62,442 nt of DNA from Chromatiales bacterium (GCA_026982475.1 JALSHB010000126.1:1-62442), one strand, 5' to 3'; positions 17,238 through 34,478 are shown, numbered from the stretch's first letter. Numbers and translations are program-made. The notes: generated from the sequence alone by a model not told the origin.

Positions 17238-19070
17238 CTATTCGACCGTTACCGACTTTGCCAGATTTCTCGGCTGATCGACGTCCGTGCCCTTGAGTAC
17301 CGCGACATGATAGGAAAGCAGCTGCAGGGGAATGGTATAGATGATTGGCGAGATGGCATCGTCCACCGGGGCGACCTCGAGCACCTGCACGCCCTCCGCC
17401 GCCTGCATTTCGGAATCCTCGCCGGCGAACACGATCAGCTTGCCACCGCGGGCGCGCACTTCTTGAAGGTTAGACTTGAGCTTTTCCAGCAACTCATTGT
17501 TAGGCGCCACGGCAATCACCGGCATGTCGGCGTCCACCAGCGCCAGCGGACCGTGCTTCAATTCACCCGCCGGATAGGCCTCGGCGTGGATATAGGAGAT
17601 CTCCTTGAGCTTCAGCGCACCCTCCATGGCCACCGGGTACTGGGCGCCGCGGCCCAGGAACAGGGCATTGTGAATATCGGCAAACTGTTCGGATATCGCC
17701 TGGATGGCATCGTCCAGCCTCAACACATGTTCAACCTTGCCGGGCAGCCTTTCCAGCTCACTGACCAATCGCCTCTCATCCTCCTCACCGAGCCCATTGC
17801 GCCGACCGAGCACGATCACCAGCATCATCAGCGCCACCAGCTGGGTGGTAAAGGCCTTGGTGGAGGCAACACCGATCTCGGGACCGGCGCGCGTCAGCAA
17901 CACCAGATCCGATTCACGCACCAGCGAGCTTTCCGGCACGTTGCAGATGGACAGGGAATGACCGAAGCCGAGGCGCTTGGCCTCTTGCAGGCCGGCCAGG
18001 GTGTCGGCGGTCTCGCCCGATTGTGACAGTGTGACGATCAACGAGTTCTTGCGCACCACCGGCCTGCGATAGCGGAACTCGCTGGCCACCTCGACACTGC
18101 AGGGGATGCCGACCATGGACTCCAGCCAGTATCTGCCGATGAGGCCCGCATGGTAACTGGTGCCGCAGGCGATGATGTGCACGCCCTGCACGTCATCGAA
18201 AATCTGCTGCGCGCCGGCGCCAAAGGCCTGTTCGAGAATCCGTCCATTGGCGATACGTCCCTCGAGGGTGTCGGCAATGGCGCGTGGCTGTTCGAAGATT
18301 TCCTTCAACATGTAGTGACGATATTCACCACGCTCGACGGAATCGGCGCGCAGCTCGCTTTCGCGGACCGGCCGCTCGACCTGATTTCCCTCGGCATCGA
18401 AGATGGTCAGCGAGTCGCGGCGGATATCGGCAATGTCACCATCTTCGAGAAAGATGAAGCGCTGTGTAACGGGAAGTAGCGCCGCCACGTCCGAGGCAAT
18501 GAAATATTCACCGATGCCGACCCCGATCACCAGCGGGCTGCCAAGGCGTGCGGCCACCAGATGGTCAGGCTCCACATTGCTGGTTACGCCCAGGGCATAG
18601 GCACCGTCAAAATCGACCACCGCACGCTTTACCGCGGCCAGCAGATCCTCGCCCTTGTTGACCAGGTAGTCGTGTATCTGATGAGCGATGACCTCGGTAT
18701 CGGTCTGCGAGGTAAAGCGGTAGCCCGCGGCCGTCTGCCTTCCACGCAGTTCCTCGTGATTTTCGATGATGCCATTGTGAACCACGGCCACGACATTCTC
18801 GCAGATGTGAGGATGGGCATTCTCCTGGCTGGGCATGCCATGCGTCGCCCAGCGCGTATGGGCTATGCCGATACGGCCGTGCAGATTGCCGGCGATCTTT
18901 TCCTCCAGGCCGGCAACCTTGCCCTTGGCGCGCACCCGTTGCAGGCTGTTGTCTTCGCTGAGCACGGCGACACCCGCCGAATCATAACCTCGATACTCCA
19001 GTCTTTTCAGGCCTTCGAGCAGGATGGGGACAACATCACGATCGGCGACAGCGCCTACGATTCCACACAT
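17238..19070 (-). CDS. glmS: glutamine--fructose-6-phosphate aminotransferase
   Basis: 610 aa. MCGIVGAV N-terminal nucleophile, two SIS domains, C-terminal KSVTVE. Confidence 0.97.
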   Translation of the reverse strand: MCGIVGAVADRDVVPILLEGLKRLEYRGYDSAGVAVLSEDNSLQRVRAKGKVAGLEEKIAGNLHGRIGIAHTRWATHGMPSQENAHPHICENVVAVVHNGIIENHEELRGRQTAAGYRFTSQTDTEVIAHQIHDYLVNKGEDLLAAVKRAVVDFDGAYALGVTSNVEPDHLVAARLGSPLVIGVGIGEYFIASDVAALLPVTQRFIFLEDGDIADIRRDSLTIFDAEGNQVERPVRESELRADSVERGEYRHYMLKEIFEQPRAIADTLEGRIANGRILEQAFGAGAQQIFDDVQGVHIIACGTSYHAGLIGRYWLESMVGIPCSVEVASEFRYRRPVVRKNSLIVTLSQSGETADTLAGLQEAKRLGFGHSLSICNVPESSLVRESDLVLLTRAGPEIGVASTKAFTTQLVALMMLVIVLGRRNGLGEEDERRLVSELERLPGKVEHVLRLDDAIQAISEQFADIHNALFLGRGAQYPVAMEGALKLKEISYIHAEAYPAGELKHGPLALVDADMPVIAVAPNNELLEKLKSNLQEVRARGGKLIVFAGEDSEMQAAEGVQVLEVAPVDDAISPIIYTIPLQLLSYHVAVLKGTDVDQPRNLAKSVTVE

Positions 19071-19104
19071 GACTATAATTCCATTTTTCAGTGATTAACG
19101 TTTA

Positions 19105-19125
19105 CCTGAATCCGTGAGTTCAGGG
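19105..19125. repeat. REP-like palindrome CCTGAA-N8-TTCAGG (overlaps the glmU stop codon)
   Basis: cctgaatccgtgagttcaggg, preceded by taacgtttac. Same family as 20641, 44068, 44212 and 61897. Confidence 0.8.
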
Positions 19126-20493
19126 TTTACACTTCACGGGACGCTTCCATCCCTTGCGGGTCTTCTGCTCGCTGCGGCTGAGGGTCAGCTCACCGGCAGG
19201 CACATCACGGGTGATGGTCGAACCGGCGCCGATGGTGGCGCCGTCGCCGATGGTCACGGGCGCTACCAGCTGACTGTCCGAACCGATGAATACATCATCA
19301 CCAATTATCGTTAGATGCTTGTTGGCGCCGTCATAGTTGCAGGTGATGGCGCCCGCGCCGACATTGACATTGGCGCCCATGCGGGTATCACCGACATAGC
19401 TGAGGTGGTTGATCTTGCTGCCCTTGTCGACCGTCGATTTCTTTACTTCGACAAAATTGCCCACCTTGACGCCATCCGCCAACCGGCAGTCCGGTCGCAG
19501 ACGCGCAAACGGACCGATCAGGCAGTGATTGCCGATACTCGATGCTTGCAACACGCTGTTGGCCTCGATGCGCACGTCGCTGCCCAGCACCACGTCCTTG
19601 AGAATGCAGTTGGGGCCGATGTAGCAGCGGTCGCCGATTGTCACCTCGCCCTCGATGAGCACATTGATGTCGATCTCCACATCACGCCCGAAATCGAGGC
19701 TGCCACGCAGATCGAAGCGCGCCGGGTCGCGCAGGGTCACGCCCTCCAACATCAAGTGGTCTGCCTGACGACGCTGCAATACGCGCTCCAGTTCGGCCAG
19801 TTGCAGGCGGTTGTTGACGCCCTCGATCTCCGCCAGATCCGCGGTGGAAATGGCATTGATGGGCACATCACTGCCAGCGGCCAGGGCGACGATGTCGGTC
19901 AGGTAGTATTCGCCCTGCGCATTGCTGTTGTCGATGCGCTTCAACCAGCCGCGCAGCAGGGCCGCATTCACTGCCAGCATACCGGTATTGATCTCGGCGA
20001 TCGCCAGCTGCTCGGCAGTGGCGTCCTTCTGCTCGACGATGGACTGCACACTACCCGCGGCATCACGCACGATGCGCCCATAGCCGGTCGGATCGGGCAG
20101 CTCGGCCGTGAGCAGGCCCAGGCTGCGATTCTCCGCTGCCGCCACCAGCCGCGACAGCGTTTGCGGGCTGATCAGGGGCACGTCGCCATAAAGCACCAGC
20201 ACGGTCTGTGAATCCGCAATCTGCGCCATCGCCTGGTCAACGGCATGGCCGGTGCCGAGCTGGCGCGATTGCAGAATCCAGTTGACGGGCAAGGCCGACA
20301 ATTGCTCCCTGACCCGTTCGCCACCGTGACCATACACCACGTGTATGGCCTGCGGATTCAGCGATCGTGCGCTGTCGACGACACGCGCCAGCATGGGTTG
20401 GCCAGCAAGGGTATGCAGCACCTTGGGAAGATCGGATTTCATCCGTGTGCCCTGACCCGCGGCCAGGACAACGACGGTCAATGGAGTACTCAT
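19120..20493 (-). CDS. glmU: bifunctional GlcNAc-1-P uridyltransferase / GlcN-1-P acetyltransferase
   Basis: Starts at [20 protein letters not shown] (ATG 20493; the ORF track extends to 20625). Has C-terminal hexapeptide repeats. Confidence 0.95.
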   Translation of the reverse strand: MSTPLTVVVLAAGQGTRMKSDLPKVLHTLAGQPMLARVVDSARSLNPQAIHVVYGHGGERVREQLSALPVNWILQSRQLGTGHAVDQAMAQIADSQTVLVLYGDVPLISPQTLSRLVAAAENRSLGLLTAELPDPTGYGRIVRDAAGSVQSIVEQKDATAEQLAIAEINTGMLAVNAALLRGWLKRIDNSNAQGEYYLTDIVALAAGSDVPINAISTADLAEIEGVNNRLQLAELERVLQRRQADHLMLEGVTLRDPARFDLRGSLDFGRDVEIDINVLIEGEVTIGDRCYIGPNCILKDVVLGSDVRIEANSVLQASSIGNHCLIGPFARLRPDCRLADGVKVGNFVEVKKSTVDKGSKINHLSYVGDTRMGANVNVGAGAITCNYDGANKHLTIIGDDVFIGSDSQLVAPVTIGDGATIGAGSTITRDVPAGELTLSRSEQKTRKGWKRPVKCKP

Positions 20494-20640
20494 GTGTGAC
20501 CTAATCAGACGGAACGTGAAAGGGGAAATCGCGCAGTATGACGATGCTGTCTTAAGAAATTCTGAGAATAACAACGTTTGTACGACCTGAATGGTTGCCT
20601 TGCAGGTGTACAAACATGCGCTCATGCCCCTTTTTTCTTA

Positions 20641-20659
20641 CCTGAAACATGGGTTCAGG
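20641..20659. repeat. REP-like palindrome CCTGAA-N7-TTCAGG
   Basis: cctgaaacatgggttcagg in the atpC-glmU spacer. Confidence 0.7.
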
Positions 20660-20671
20660 CTGCAATCATAA

Positions 20672-20704
20672 AACAAAAAAAAGGGCGGTTGAAAACCGCC
20701 CTCT
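20672..20704 (-). terminator. Rho-independent terminator after atpC
   Basis: On the minus strand: agggcgg-ttttcaa-ccgccct followed by tttttttt. Confidence 0.8.
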
Positions 20705-20729
20705 TTCTACGCTTGCGAAATGCGATGCC

Positions 20730-21155
20730 TCAACGGCCCAGTTTCTTCTTCAGACGCTGGATGGCCTGCAGCTGGGCAAGCGCCTCCGCCAGCTCCGCCT
20801 CGGTTGTCGCGTAATCGATTTCACCACTGCGGTCGGCCAGCGCCTTCTCGGCGCGTTCCTTGGCCTCCAGCGCGGCGGCTTCATCGATGTCCTTGGCGCG
20901 CAAGGCGGTATCGGCCAGCACCGTGACGGCCTCGGGCTGGATTTCCAGCATACCGCCGGACACATAGTAGAACTGCTCTTCGTCGTCGGGCGTCACGATG
21001 CGCACCTCACCCGGCTTGATGCGCGTCAGCAACGGAGCGTGGCGGGGCAGGATACCCAGATCACCCATCACGCCCGGTGCAAACAGCATCTTCGCGGGGC
21101 CGGAGAAAATCTCTTCCTCGGCGCTCACGACATCAACATGCATGGTCATAGCCAT
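20730..21155 (-). CDS. atpC: F1 ATP synthase epsilon subunit
   Basis: 141 aa, last gene of the atp operon, with typical epsilon sequence. Confidence 0.9.
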   Translation of the reverse strand: MAMTMHVDVVSAEEEIFSGPAKMLFAPGVMGDLGILPRHAPLLTRIKPGEVRIVTPDDEEQFYYVSGGMLEIQPEAVTVLADTALRAKDIDEAAALEAKERAEKALADRSGEIDYATTEAELAEALAQLQAIQRLKKKLGR

Positions 21156-21178
21156 AATTTTTCCCCTTCAGCCAAGGC

Positions 21179-22561
<1,383 letters not shown>

Positions 22562-22621
22562 TCAGTCCCCTTCAAATATCAAAAAAGCTGTTCGCCCTGC
22601 GGATACCGGCAGCAAGAGCCC

Positions 22622-23482
22622 TTAGACGGCTGCTGCGCCACTGACGATCTCGGAAATTTCCTGGGTGATCGCGGCCTGGCGGGCCTTGTTGTAGGCCAGG
22701 TTCAATTCGTCGATGAGGTCGCTGGCATTGTCGGAGGCGGCCTTCATCGCCACCATCCGCGCCGACTGCTCACAGGCGATGTTTTCCACCACCGCCTGGT
22801 AGACCAGGGACTCCACGAAGCGCGTGAGGAGATCGGTCAGCACCTCCTTGGCCTCGGGCTCGTAGAGGTAGTCCCACTGGTGAGCGTAATCGTCTTCGGT
22901 CTCCGCCTGGATCGGCAACAGCTGCTCGATTTGCGGATCCTGGGCCATGGTGCTGACGAATTCGTTGTAGACCACGTACAGACGATCGATCTCGCCGTTG
23001 TCGAAGGCATCCAGCATCACCTTGACCGTACCGATCAGGTCATTGATGGCCGGCGCATCGCCGAGGTGGCTGGCCTCGGCCACCACGTTGCCGCCGACGC
23101 GCTTGAAAAATCCCGACGCCTTGCCACCAATGGCGCACAGATCGATCCCCACGCCCTTCGCGTCCCACTCCTTCAAGGAACCGATACAGGCGCGGAACAG
23201 GTTGGCATTGAGGCCACCGCACAAGCCGCGATCACTGGAAACGACGATGTAACCGACGCGCTTGACCTCTCGATCCTGCAGGTACGTATGCTTGTACTCC
23301 GGGTGGGCGTGGGCAAGATGCTTGATCACGTTGCGGATCTTTCTGGCGTAGGGACGGGATGCCGCCATCCTCTCCTGCGCCTTGCGCATCTTGCTCGCCG
23401 CCACCATTTCCATGGCACGGGTGATCTTCTGCGTATTCTGTACGCTCTTGACCTTGGTGCGTATTTCTTTACCGACCGCCAT
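22622..23482 (-). CDS. atpG: F1 ATP synthase gamma subunit
   Basis: 286 aa. [36 protein letters not shown]. Confidence 0.95.
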   Translation of the reverse strand: MAVGKEIRTKVKSVQNTQKITRAMEMVAASKMRKAQERMAASRPYARKIRNVIKHLAHAHPEYKHTYLQDREVKRVGYIVVSSDRGLCGGLNANLFRACIGSLKEWDAKGVGIDLCAIGGKASGFFKRVGGNVVAEASHLGDAPAINDLIGTVKVMLDAFDNGEIDRLYVVYNEFVSTMAQDPQIEQLLPIQAETEDDYAHQWDYLYEPEAKEVLTDLLTRFVESLVYQAVVENIACEQSARMVAMKAASDNASDLIDELNLAYNKARQAAITQEISEIVSGAAAV

Positions 23483-23521
23483 TGCTGGCCTCCTACGTTT
23501 TGACCGACGTTAGAACAAGGC

Positions 23522-25063
<1,542 letters not shown>

Positions 25064-25090
25064 TTTTCGTATTCCTCTTCGTGGCAGCGC

Positions 25091-25627
25091 TTAGCCGGCC
25101 AACTCTACGGAAAGCTTCTCTAACTGGGCGCTGACCGAACCATCGATCACCATGTCGCCGGCCTTGATGACCGCGCCACCCATGAGGCTTTCGTCAACGG
25201 TGCATTTCAGGCTGACATCACGACCCAGGCGGGCCTTGAGACTGTCGGCGATCTTCTTCTGCAGCTTCGGGCTGACCTTCTTCGCGGCGACGATCTCCGC
25301 CTCGATAGTCTGTTCAGCCTCGGCCTTCAGCGTCTCGAACTGCGCCGCGATCTCTTCCACCGCGCCCAGACGACGATTTTCCGCCAACAGCCTGACCAGG
25401 TTGCGACCCTTCTCATCCATCACCTCGCCGGCAATGTCCAGGATCAGCTCGGCCAGCCTGGCCTTGTCGACGCTGGTATTTCCGATCAGGGCCTGCATGT
25501 CGGGATCCGCGGTGATCAGCGCGATGGTCTGCAACATCTCAGACCATTGTTTCAGCTTGCCGTCGGCCTGGGCGATCTCGAAGACCGCTTCGGCATAGGG
25601 ACGGGCGATTGTGGATATTTCAGCCAT
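25091..25627 (-). CDS. atpH: F1 ATP synthase delta subunit
   Basis: 178 aa. The call rests on operon position and OSCP-like sequence. Confidence 0.9.
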   Translation of the reverse strand: MAEISTIARPYAEAVFEIAQADGKLKQWSEMLQTIALITADPDMQALIGNTSVDKARLAELILDIAGEVMDEKGRNLVRLLAENRRLGAVEEIAAQFETLKAEAEQTIEAEIVAAKKVSPKLQKKIADSLKARLGRDVSLKCTVDESLMGGAVIKAGDMVIDGSVSAQLEKLSVELAG

Positions 25628-25637
25628 GATGTACGCC

Positions 25638-26108
25638 TCAGATCTGGGCAGCCAGATCGTTCAACAGATCTTCGTGTGCCTTGGCGTCGATTTCACGCTT
25701 CAGGATCTTCTCCGCACCGGCAACGGCAATCGCCGCGACCTGGGCGCGCAGGGCTTCCTTGGCCTGATTCACTTCACGCTCGAGCTCGGCATTGGCCGCC
25801 GCAATGATGCGCTCACCTTCGGCGCGCGCCGTGTCTTTGGCCTCTTCCACGATCTCGGAAGCACGCTTCTGACCCTGGGCAACGATTTCCTGTGCCTGCT
25901 CCTTTGCCTCCTTGAGCAGCTCTGTCGCGCGTTTTTCGGCCAGCTCTTGCTCGTGCTTGCCTTTTTCCGCGGCGGCGAGACCATCGGCGATGCGCTTCTG
26001 GCGCGCCTCCATGATCCCGGACAGAGGACCCCACATGACCTTGTTGACAAACCAGATCAACAGGCCAAAGGCCAACATCTGTGCGATAAGGGTTACTGTA
26101 ATGTTCAC
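25638..26108 (-). CDS. atpF: Fo ATP synthase b subunit
   Basis: 156 aa. One N-terminal TM followed by a long charged helix. Confidence 0.9.
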   Translation of the reverse strand: MNITVTLIAQMLAFGLLIWFVNKVMWGPLSGIMEARQKRIADGLAAAEKGKHEQELAEKRATELLKEAKEQAQEIVAQGQKRASEIVEEAKDTARAEGERIIAAANAELEREVNQAKEALRAQVAAIAVAGAEKILKREIDAKAHEDLLNDLAAQI

Positions 26109-26181
26109 TTTATCGTTCCTCCCGACTTGTCCCGCCGACTCTCGACGGAGAGCGGCAGATCAGCCAAGTTAGCGGCTTGAA

Positions 26182-26469
26182 TTAAAGCGCGCCAATGGCG
26201 GCTTGCAGGGCACCGACGAACGGGTTAGCGAACAAGAACCACATGGCGAATGCCAGGATGATGAAGGGGAAAGACTCCATCAGGCCGGCGAAGATGAACA
26301 TGTTGGTCATCAGGGCCGGACGCATTTCGGGCTGACGCGCGATGCCTTCCAGAGTCTTGGCGCAGATCAGGCCCCAACCAATGGCGGAACCCAGACCGGC
26401 GGCCGCGAGAATGACGCCCACACCTACTGCCGTATAGGCGTAAATGGTCGCAAGCATATCAGCTGTCAT
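26182..26469 (-). CDS. atpE: Fo ATP synthase c subunit
   Basis: 95 aa hairpin. ARQPE loop, carboxylate in GLMESFPF, C-terminal ANPFVG. Confidence 0.9.
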   Translation of the reverse strand: MTADMLATIYAYTAVGVGVILAAAGLGSAIGWGLICAKTLEGIARQPEMRPALMTNMFIFAGLMESFPFIILAFAMWFLFANPFVGALQAAIGAL

Positions 26470-26534
26470 GGTTACTCTCCTTACTTTTATTTAAAGATAA
26501 AAAATGAATGAATAAAAACGCTACAAACCCGATC

Positions 26535-27371
<837 letters not shown>

Positions 27372-27380
27372 TCAAGGTTT

Positions 27381-27788
27381 TCAATCCGGGCGTTGCGCGG
27401 CCTTTGCTTTTGCAGAACCATCACGAACGCCCATCAAATAACTTGCCTGCGCCAGCGCAAAACCGATAAAAACGGCCAGGGGTTCGAGTTTGAAGACCCC
27501 CAGACCTATCGCCAGCAGCACCAACACCGCCACGAATCTTTGCACGGCACCGATGTACAGAATCAGCATGCTTCTCTTCGGGTCGTTCAGCGCATGCTCG
27601 TTGGCGCGCTTGAAACCCCGGATCGAGAGCAGGGCGAGAAACACACTCGCCAGTCCACCGTAGGCGGCGGAAAGTGCATCCCATGCACCTTGAATCAGAA
27701 ACAGCAGGGCAACAACACCTGTTACCGTCAACTGCACGATGACTACCCGGCGGGCCTTGGCAGCCAGATCGGCGCCCAATTTGCTCAT
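27381..27788 (-). CDS. atpI: ATP synthase protein I
   Basis: 135-aa small membrane protein immediately upstream of atpB. Confidence 0.75.
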   Translation of the reverse strand: MSKLGADLAAKARRVVIVQLTVTGVVALLFLIQGAWDALSAAYGGLASVFLALLSIRGFKRANEHALNDPKRSMLILYIGAVQRFVAVLVLLAIGLGVFKLEPLAVFIGFALAQASYLMGVRDGSAKAKAAQRPD

Positions 27789-27991
27789 TGCAGCTCCGGG
27801 TCAGTCAGTAATCGGTAGACTTTCAGAAACCCGCCGATGAAGCCGAGGCCACCGAGGATCAGTATGAAAATCGGCTGGGTCCCGAAATAGAGATCCAGCA
27901 AGTAACCCAATAAAAACCCGGACACAATCATCGAGGTCAGAATCTGGCCGACTCCGATGAGTAATAACCCGGGCTTCTTGGACTCGCTCAT
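27785..27991 (-). CDS. AtpZ/AtpI-family small membrane protein
   Basis: 68 aa with 2 TM. 4-nt overlap with atpI. First gene of the operon. Confidence 0.65.
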   Translation of the reverse strand: MSESKKPGLLLIGVGQILTSMIVSGFLLGYLLDLYFGTQPIFILILGGLGFIGGFLKVYRLLTDPELQ

Positions 27992-28126
27992 TTCAAGCGT
28001 ATCCCAAATTTAGGCCGGGCATTATAGCCAGCCCATGCGGCCACAGCAAGGCGGTTTGCGATAAATTTGAACAAAAAACAACCGGCATAAACATTGTGAT
28101 CAACGACCCGAAAGAACCCTGAACGA

Positions 28127-28999
28127 TTACTGAATGCGCTGCAGGATTCCATCCAGTTCGTCGAGGCTGTTGTAATGGATCACCAGCCTGCCATTGCCCT
28201 TGGCGGCGTGCTGAAAAACCACCTTGGCGGCGAGTTTTTCACCCAGCTCGTCCTGCAGACGCTTGATGTCGGGATCCAGCGCCTTGTCCGCTGCCGGCTT
28301 CTCTGCCGCACTGGCGCCGAGGCGGCGCACCAGCTGTTCCGTCTCGCGCACGGAATAGCCCTTGGCGGACACCTCGCGTGCCGCCCGGCTCTGCTGCTCG
28401 CCTTCCAGCGCCAGCAGTGCCCGCGCATGGCCCATCTCCAGATCACCGTGTTCCAGCATGCGCCGCACGTCATCGTTGAGGGTCAGCAGGCGCAGCAGAT
28501 TGCTCACCGCGGCGCGCGAGCGGCCCACGGCCTCGGCGGCCTGCTGGTGGGTCATCTCGAACTCCTCGATGAGCCGCGCCAGGGCATTGGCCTCTTCCAC
28601 CGGATTGAGGTTTTCGCGCTGGATGTTCTCGATCAGCGCCATGGCGATGGCGGCCTCGTCGGGCACCACGCGAATCAGTGAGGGGATCTCGTGCAGGCCG
28701 GCGATCTGCGCCGCGCGCCAGCGGCGTTCACCGGCGATGATCTCGTAGCGACCACTCTCGGCCAGCTCGCGCACCACGATGGGCTGCACCACGCCCTGGA
28801 CGCGAATGGAGTTGGCCAGTTCTTCAAGGCTTTCCGGGTGCATGTCGGTGCGCGGCTGGTACTTGCCCGGCTGCAGCAGGTCGACGGCCAGGTCGCGCAA
28901 TTCCGTATCCGCGGTGGATGATTCTGCCGCCGCCGCGCCCGTGCCGCCGAGCAGGGCGTCCAGGCCCCGGCCCAGGCCGCGTTTTTTCTTTGCTGCCAT
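28127..28999 (-). CDS. parB: chromosome partitioning protein ParB
   Basis: 290 aa. Contains KKRGLGRGLDALL, GERRWRA and an HTH segment. Confidence 0.95.
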   Translation of the reverse strand: MAAKKKRGLGRGLDALLGGTGAAAAESSTADTELRDLAVDLLQPGKYQPRTDMHPESLEELANSIRVQGVVQPIVVRELAESGRYEIIAGERRWRAAQIAGLHEIPSLIRVVPDEAAIAMALIENIQRENLNPVEEANALARLIEEFEMTHQQAAEAVGRSRAAVSNLLRLLTLNDDVRRMLEHGDLEMGHARALLALEGEQQSRAAREVSAKGYSVRETEQLVRRLGASAAEKPAADKALDPDIKRLQDELGEKLAAKVVFQHAAKGNGRLVIHYNSLDELDGILQRIQ

Positions 29000-29025
29000 G
29001 TGTCTTTTCCGAATGTTGAGTATTG

Positions 29026-29808
29026 TCAGGCGCTGGCCGTGGCCATTTCTTCACGCCGCAGCATCTCGCCGGCCAGCGCCAGGTAGGCCTTGGCGCCGCG
29101 CGAGGACTTGTCGTACACCAGCGCCGGCTGGCCGTGGCTGGGCGCTTCGGCGAGGCGGATGTTGCGCGGAATCACGGTGCGGTACAGCTTGTCGCCGAAG
29201 TGCTTGCTGAGCTGCGCGGTGACGTCGCCGGCGAGCCGGTTGCGCGGATCATACATGGTGCGCAACAGCCCTTCGATCTTGAGAAAGGGATTGAGGTTGT
29301 CGCGCACGTCCTCAATGGTGCTGACCAGCGCGGTCAATCCTTCCAGGGCGTAATACTCGCACTGCATGGGAATGATCACCGACTGCGCCGCCACCAGCGC
29401 ATTGAGGGTGAGCATGTTCAGCGAGGGCGGACAGTCGATGAGGATGAAATCGTAGCGGCCGTTGATGCTGTTGAGGGCCTCGCGCAGCCGCCGTTCACGC
29501 TGCGGCATCTGCAACAGTTCCACCTCGGCGGCGGTGAGATCGGCATTCGCCGGCAGCAGATCGTAGCCCGCCTGTTCCGCCTTGACGATGGCGTCACGAA
29601 TGTCCGTGGCGCCGGTCAGCACGTCGTAGCTGGAGCGCTCCAGCGCGTGCTTGTCGACGCCACTGCCCATGGTGGCGTTGCCCTGCGGGTCCATGTCGAT
29701 GAGCAGCACCTTGCGGTGCGTGGCCACCAGCGAGGCCGCCAGATTGACGCTGGTGGTGGTCTTGCCGACGCCACCCTTCTGATTGGTTACCGCGATGATC
29801 TTGCCCAT
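29026..29808 (-). CDS. parA: chromosome partitioning ATPase ParA/Soj
   Basis: Starts at MGKIIAVTNQKGGVGKTTT (ATG 29808; the ORF track extends to 29901). Deviant Walker A. Confidence 0.95.
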   Translation of the reverse strand: MGKIIAVTNQKGGVGKTTTSVNLAASLVATHRKVLLIDMDPQGNATMGSGVDKHALERSSYDVLTGATDIRDAIVKAEQAGYDLLPANADLTAAEVELLQMPQRERRLREALNSINGRYDFILIDCPPSLNMLTLNALVAAQSVIIPMQCEYYALEGLTALVSTIEDVRDNLNPFLKIEGLLRTMYDPRNRLAGDVTAQLSKHFGDKLYRTVIPRNIRLAEAPSHGQPALVYDKSSRGAKAYLALAGEMLRREEMATASA

Positions 29809-29824
29809 TGTCTTCCGCCTGTTG

Positions 29825-30529
29825 TCAGCCCGATGATGCCGCCGTGCCATTATTCGCCGCGCCGCCGGTGGGGGCAAGGCACAAGAGATGCCGCTCCTCA
29901 TCCAGCCCCGGCACCACCAGCCGGTGTGATTCGCGCAGGGTGAAGGCCGCTGGCAGATCCGCCAGCTCCTCCGCCGGCCAGACGCCCTTCATGGCCAGCA
30001 ACACGCCCCTGTCGCCACAGTAGGCGCCGGCCCTCTCCACCATCTCGCGCAGCGAGGAAAAGGCCCGCGAGACGACCACATCGAAGGGCGTATCGGGATG
30101 GTATTGCTCGGCCCGGGCGTGCACCACCTCGACGTTGCCCAGCCCCAGCTCCACCACCGCCTGCTGCACGAAGCGGGTCTTCTTGCTGTTGCTGTCGAGC
30201 AGCACGAAAGCGGTCTGCGGCGACAGCAACGCCAGGGGGATGCCCGGCAGGCCGCCGCCGGTACCCACGTCCAGCACCCGCTTTGGCTGCAAGGCGCGCA
30301 GGTGCGGCAACACGGCGAAGCTGTCGAGCAGGTGGCGCGTCACCATTTCCTGCGGCGCGCGCACCGCGGTCAGGTTGTAGACGCGGTTCCATTTCGCCAG
30401 CAGGCGCACATAATCCAGCAGACGCCCCTGGACTTCAAGCGGGCATTCGATGCCCAGCGTCTCCAGGCCCTGTTCGAGGGCCCGTTGCGGTGTCATGGTC
30501 TTGCCGTCCTCCCCGGCGACGTGCGACAA
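29825..30529 (-). CDS. rsmG: 16S rRNA (guanine527-N7)-methyltransferase
   Basis: 234 aa. Contains LLAKWNRVYNLTA and DVGTGGGLPG. An alternative start is MTPQ at 30496. Confidence 0.9.
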   Translation of the reverse strand: MSHVAGEDGKTMTPQRALEQGLETLGIECPLEVQGRLLDYVRLLAKWNRVYNLTAVRAPQEMVTRHLLDSFAVLPHLRALQPKRVLDVGTGGGLPGIPLALLSPQTAFVLLDSNSKKTRFVQQAVVELGLGNVEVVHARAEQYHPDTPFDVVVSRAFSSLREMVERAGAYCGDRGVLLAMKGVWPAEELADLPAAFTLRESHRLVVPGLDEERHLLCLAPTGGAANNGTAASSG

Positions 30530-30544
30530 GGTCGCCCCCCTCCG

Positions 30545-32428
<1,884 letters not shown>

Positions 32429-32567
32429 CACACCACACTGCAAAAACGGGCCGGCCATTGTAACGGCTGGCGAAAAAACCGCCAATCCCAGCCCGACGCG
32501 CCTGGGTTCTCAAGCCTGCCGGCGCTCAACCGCTAATACTGGAGACCTCATCTACCCGTCCCGATCC

Positions 32568-34478
32568 ATGAAAATCAAGCATCGCCTGTTTCTGCTTTCC
32601 GCCATTATCACCCTCGCCATGCTGTTGCTGCTCACCATGCAGCAGATCAGCACCCAGCGCGCCGATCTGCTGCAGCTCGGTCTCGCGCAGCTGCTCGACG
32701 CCGAGGCCGACATGCAGGCCATGCAGACGGCAGAACGGGATTTTCTCCTGACCAAGAGCCAGCAGGCCCACGACGAATTCTTCCACGAGCAGCAGGCGCT
32801 GGCCGCCGAATTACAGGACATCAACGCCACCATGGCACGGCTGGGTCTCGACACCAGCGGCCTCGACACCTTCTATCGGCACCTCAATGCCATGGCCACG
32901 GATTTCAGCCAACTGGTGGCCCTGACCCGGCGAATCGGCCTCAACGAGGACAGCGGCCTGCGCGGCGCCCTGCGCCAGGCGGCCCATCGCGTCGAGGACA
33001 GCTTTCGCCGCGCCGGCAACGATACCCTGCTGGTTGGCCTGCTCATGATGCGGCGCCATGAAAAGGATTTTCTGCTGCGCGGCGACAGTAAATATGTCGA
33101 CCGCTTCGACCGCGCCCATGGCGAGCTGCTGACGGCCATGGACGCGGCCGGCTGGATTGCGGCCACACAGGGCGGCATCCAGCGGGATCTCAATGACTAT
33201 GCGCAGAACTTTCACCAGCTGGTGGACACCCGCCAGGCGCTCCGCCAGGGGGCGCATGCCAAACTGGCCACGGATACACAACAGGCGATGTCCGAACTCA
33301 ACGCCCTGATCCGGGACGCCCGCGGCGCCATCGAGGTCTCGCAGCACAGCCAGCGAAACCTCGTCTTCACCGGCACCCTGATACTCATCATCGCCCTGAT
33401 CGGCCTCAGCCTGCTCATCGCCCGCAGCATCAGCCGCAGCCTGTCGCGCATCACCTCCGCCATGGAGCATATCGCCGACGGCCATGCCGCGCTGGGCGTG
33501 AGCCTGCCCGAGGAAGGACGCAACGAGGCGGCGCAGATCGGCCGCGCCTTCAACCGCTTCACGGGCAAGCTGGACCAGACCGTGCAGCAGGTGCTGATGG
33601 TGGCCTCCAACCTGTCGCAGAGCAGCCAGCGCGCCCAGCAAATCACCCAGGCCACCAGCAGCTCCATCGAGGAGCAGGTCGAGGCCATCACCCAGCTCAG
33701 CAACACCATCGCGGTGATGGCCGACAGCAGCCAGCAGGTAAACGAGGCCGTCAGCCACGCCAGCGAAACCGCGCAGGACGTGCGCCAGGAGGCCGTCAAG
33801 GGCCGTGACGTGGTCAGCAGCGCGGTGCGCGGCATGCAGGAAATGCAAGGCGAGATCGAGCAGCTGGAACAGAGCATCGACGCCCTCACCCGTCACCACG
33901 AGGATGTCGGTCAGGTGCTGGACATGATCGTCACCATCGCCGAACAGACCAACCTGCTGGCCCTCAACGCCGCCATCGAGGCCGCGCGCGCCGGCGAGCA
34001 GGGCCGCGGCTTCGCGGTGGTCGCCGACGAGGTGCGCGCCCTCTCCAAACGCACCACCGACGCCACCGACGAAGTGCGCAAGCTCATGGACACCATCCGC
34101 GCCGGCAACCAGGAAGCGGTCGGACTCATGGCGCGCAGCGCCAAGGTCTCCGCCCGCAACCTGGAACGCACCCAGGCCGCCGGCGAGACCTTCGCCCTCA
34201 TCGCCACGGCCGTCGAAGGCATCAGCGACAGCAATGCGCAGGTCGCCGCCCAGGCCGAGCAACAGTCGGAACTGGCCGTCACCGTGCGCGACAACATCCG
34301 CAAGATCGATGAAAGCGTGCGCGAGCTGTCCGAGCTGGCGCGCAAGAACATCTCCGACAACGGCGACCTGTCACAGTTTTCCGTGCAACTGGAATCGCTG
34401 GTCGCCGGCTTCTCCGGCAAGGCCGCCGCCCGCGACGACAGGGACAGCGAACTGCCGGACAACGTCGACCTGTTCTAG
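32568..34478 (+). CDS. methyl-accepting chemotaxis protein (helical periplasmic sensor, HAMP, MA domain)
   Basis: 636 aa. Two TM segments flank a helical domain of about 250 aa ([10 protein letters not shown]). Highly conserved hairpin [35 protein letters not shown]. Confidence 0.92.
   Translation: MKIKHRLFLLSAIITLAMLLLLTMQQISTQRADLLQLGLAQLLDAEADMQAMQTAERDFLLTKSQQAHDEFFHEQQALAAELQDINATMARLGLDTSGLDTFYRHLNAMATDFSQLVALTRRIGLNEDSGLRGALRQAAHRVEDSFRRAGNDTLLVGLLMMRRHEKDFLLRGDSKYVDRFDRAHGELLTAMDAAGWIAATQGGIQRDLNDYAQNFHQLVDTRQALRQGAHAKLATDTQQAMSELNALIRDARGAIEVSQHSQRNLVFTGTLILIIALIGLSLLIARSISRSLSRITSAMEHIADGHAALGVSLPEEGRNEAAQIGRAFNRFTGKLDQTVQQVLMVASNLSQSSQRAQQITQATSSSIEEQVEAITQLSNTIAVMADSSQQVNEAVSHASETAQDVRQEAVKGRDVVSSAVRGMQEMQGEIEQLEQSIDALTRHHEDVGQVLDMIVTIAEQTNLLALNAAIEAARAGEQGRGFAVVADEVRALSKRTTDATDEVRKLMDTIRAGNQEAVGLMARSAKVSARNLERTQAAGETFALIATAVEGISDSNAQVAAQAEQQSELAVTVRDNIRKIDESVRELSELARKNISDNGDLSQFSVQLESLVAGFSGKAAARDDRDSELPDNVDLF

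Noticed and set aside
26182-26469. Na+-specific ATP synthase c subunit (an E-S pair in GLMESF, with C-terminal ANPFVG like Ilyobacter/Propionigenium).
   Set aside because: Anchoring on ARQPE, the helix-1 position that is Gln in Na+-binding c subunits is Trp here, and the Thr after E-S is Phe. This is most simply an H+-coupled enzyme.
32429-32567. E. coli-type oriC next to mnmG (gidA).
   Set aside because: The spacer is only about 140 bp, is GC-rich, and contains no TTATCCACA-like box.
34464-34478. C-terminal CheR/CheB-tethering pentapeptide on the MCP (ends NVDLF, versus the NWETF type).
   Set aside because: It lacks the conserved Trp, so the similarity is too weak to claim.
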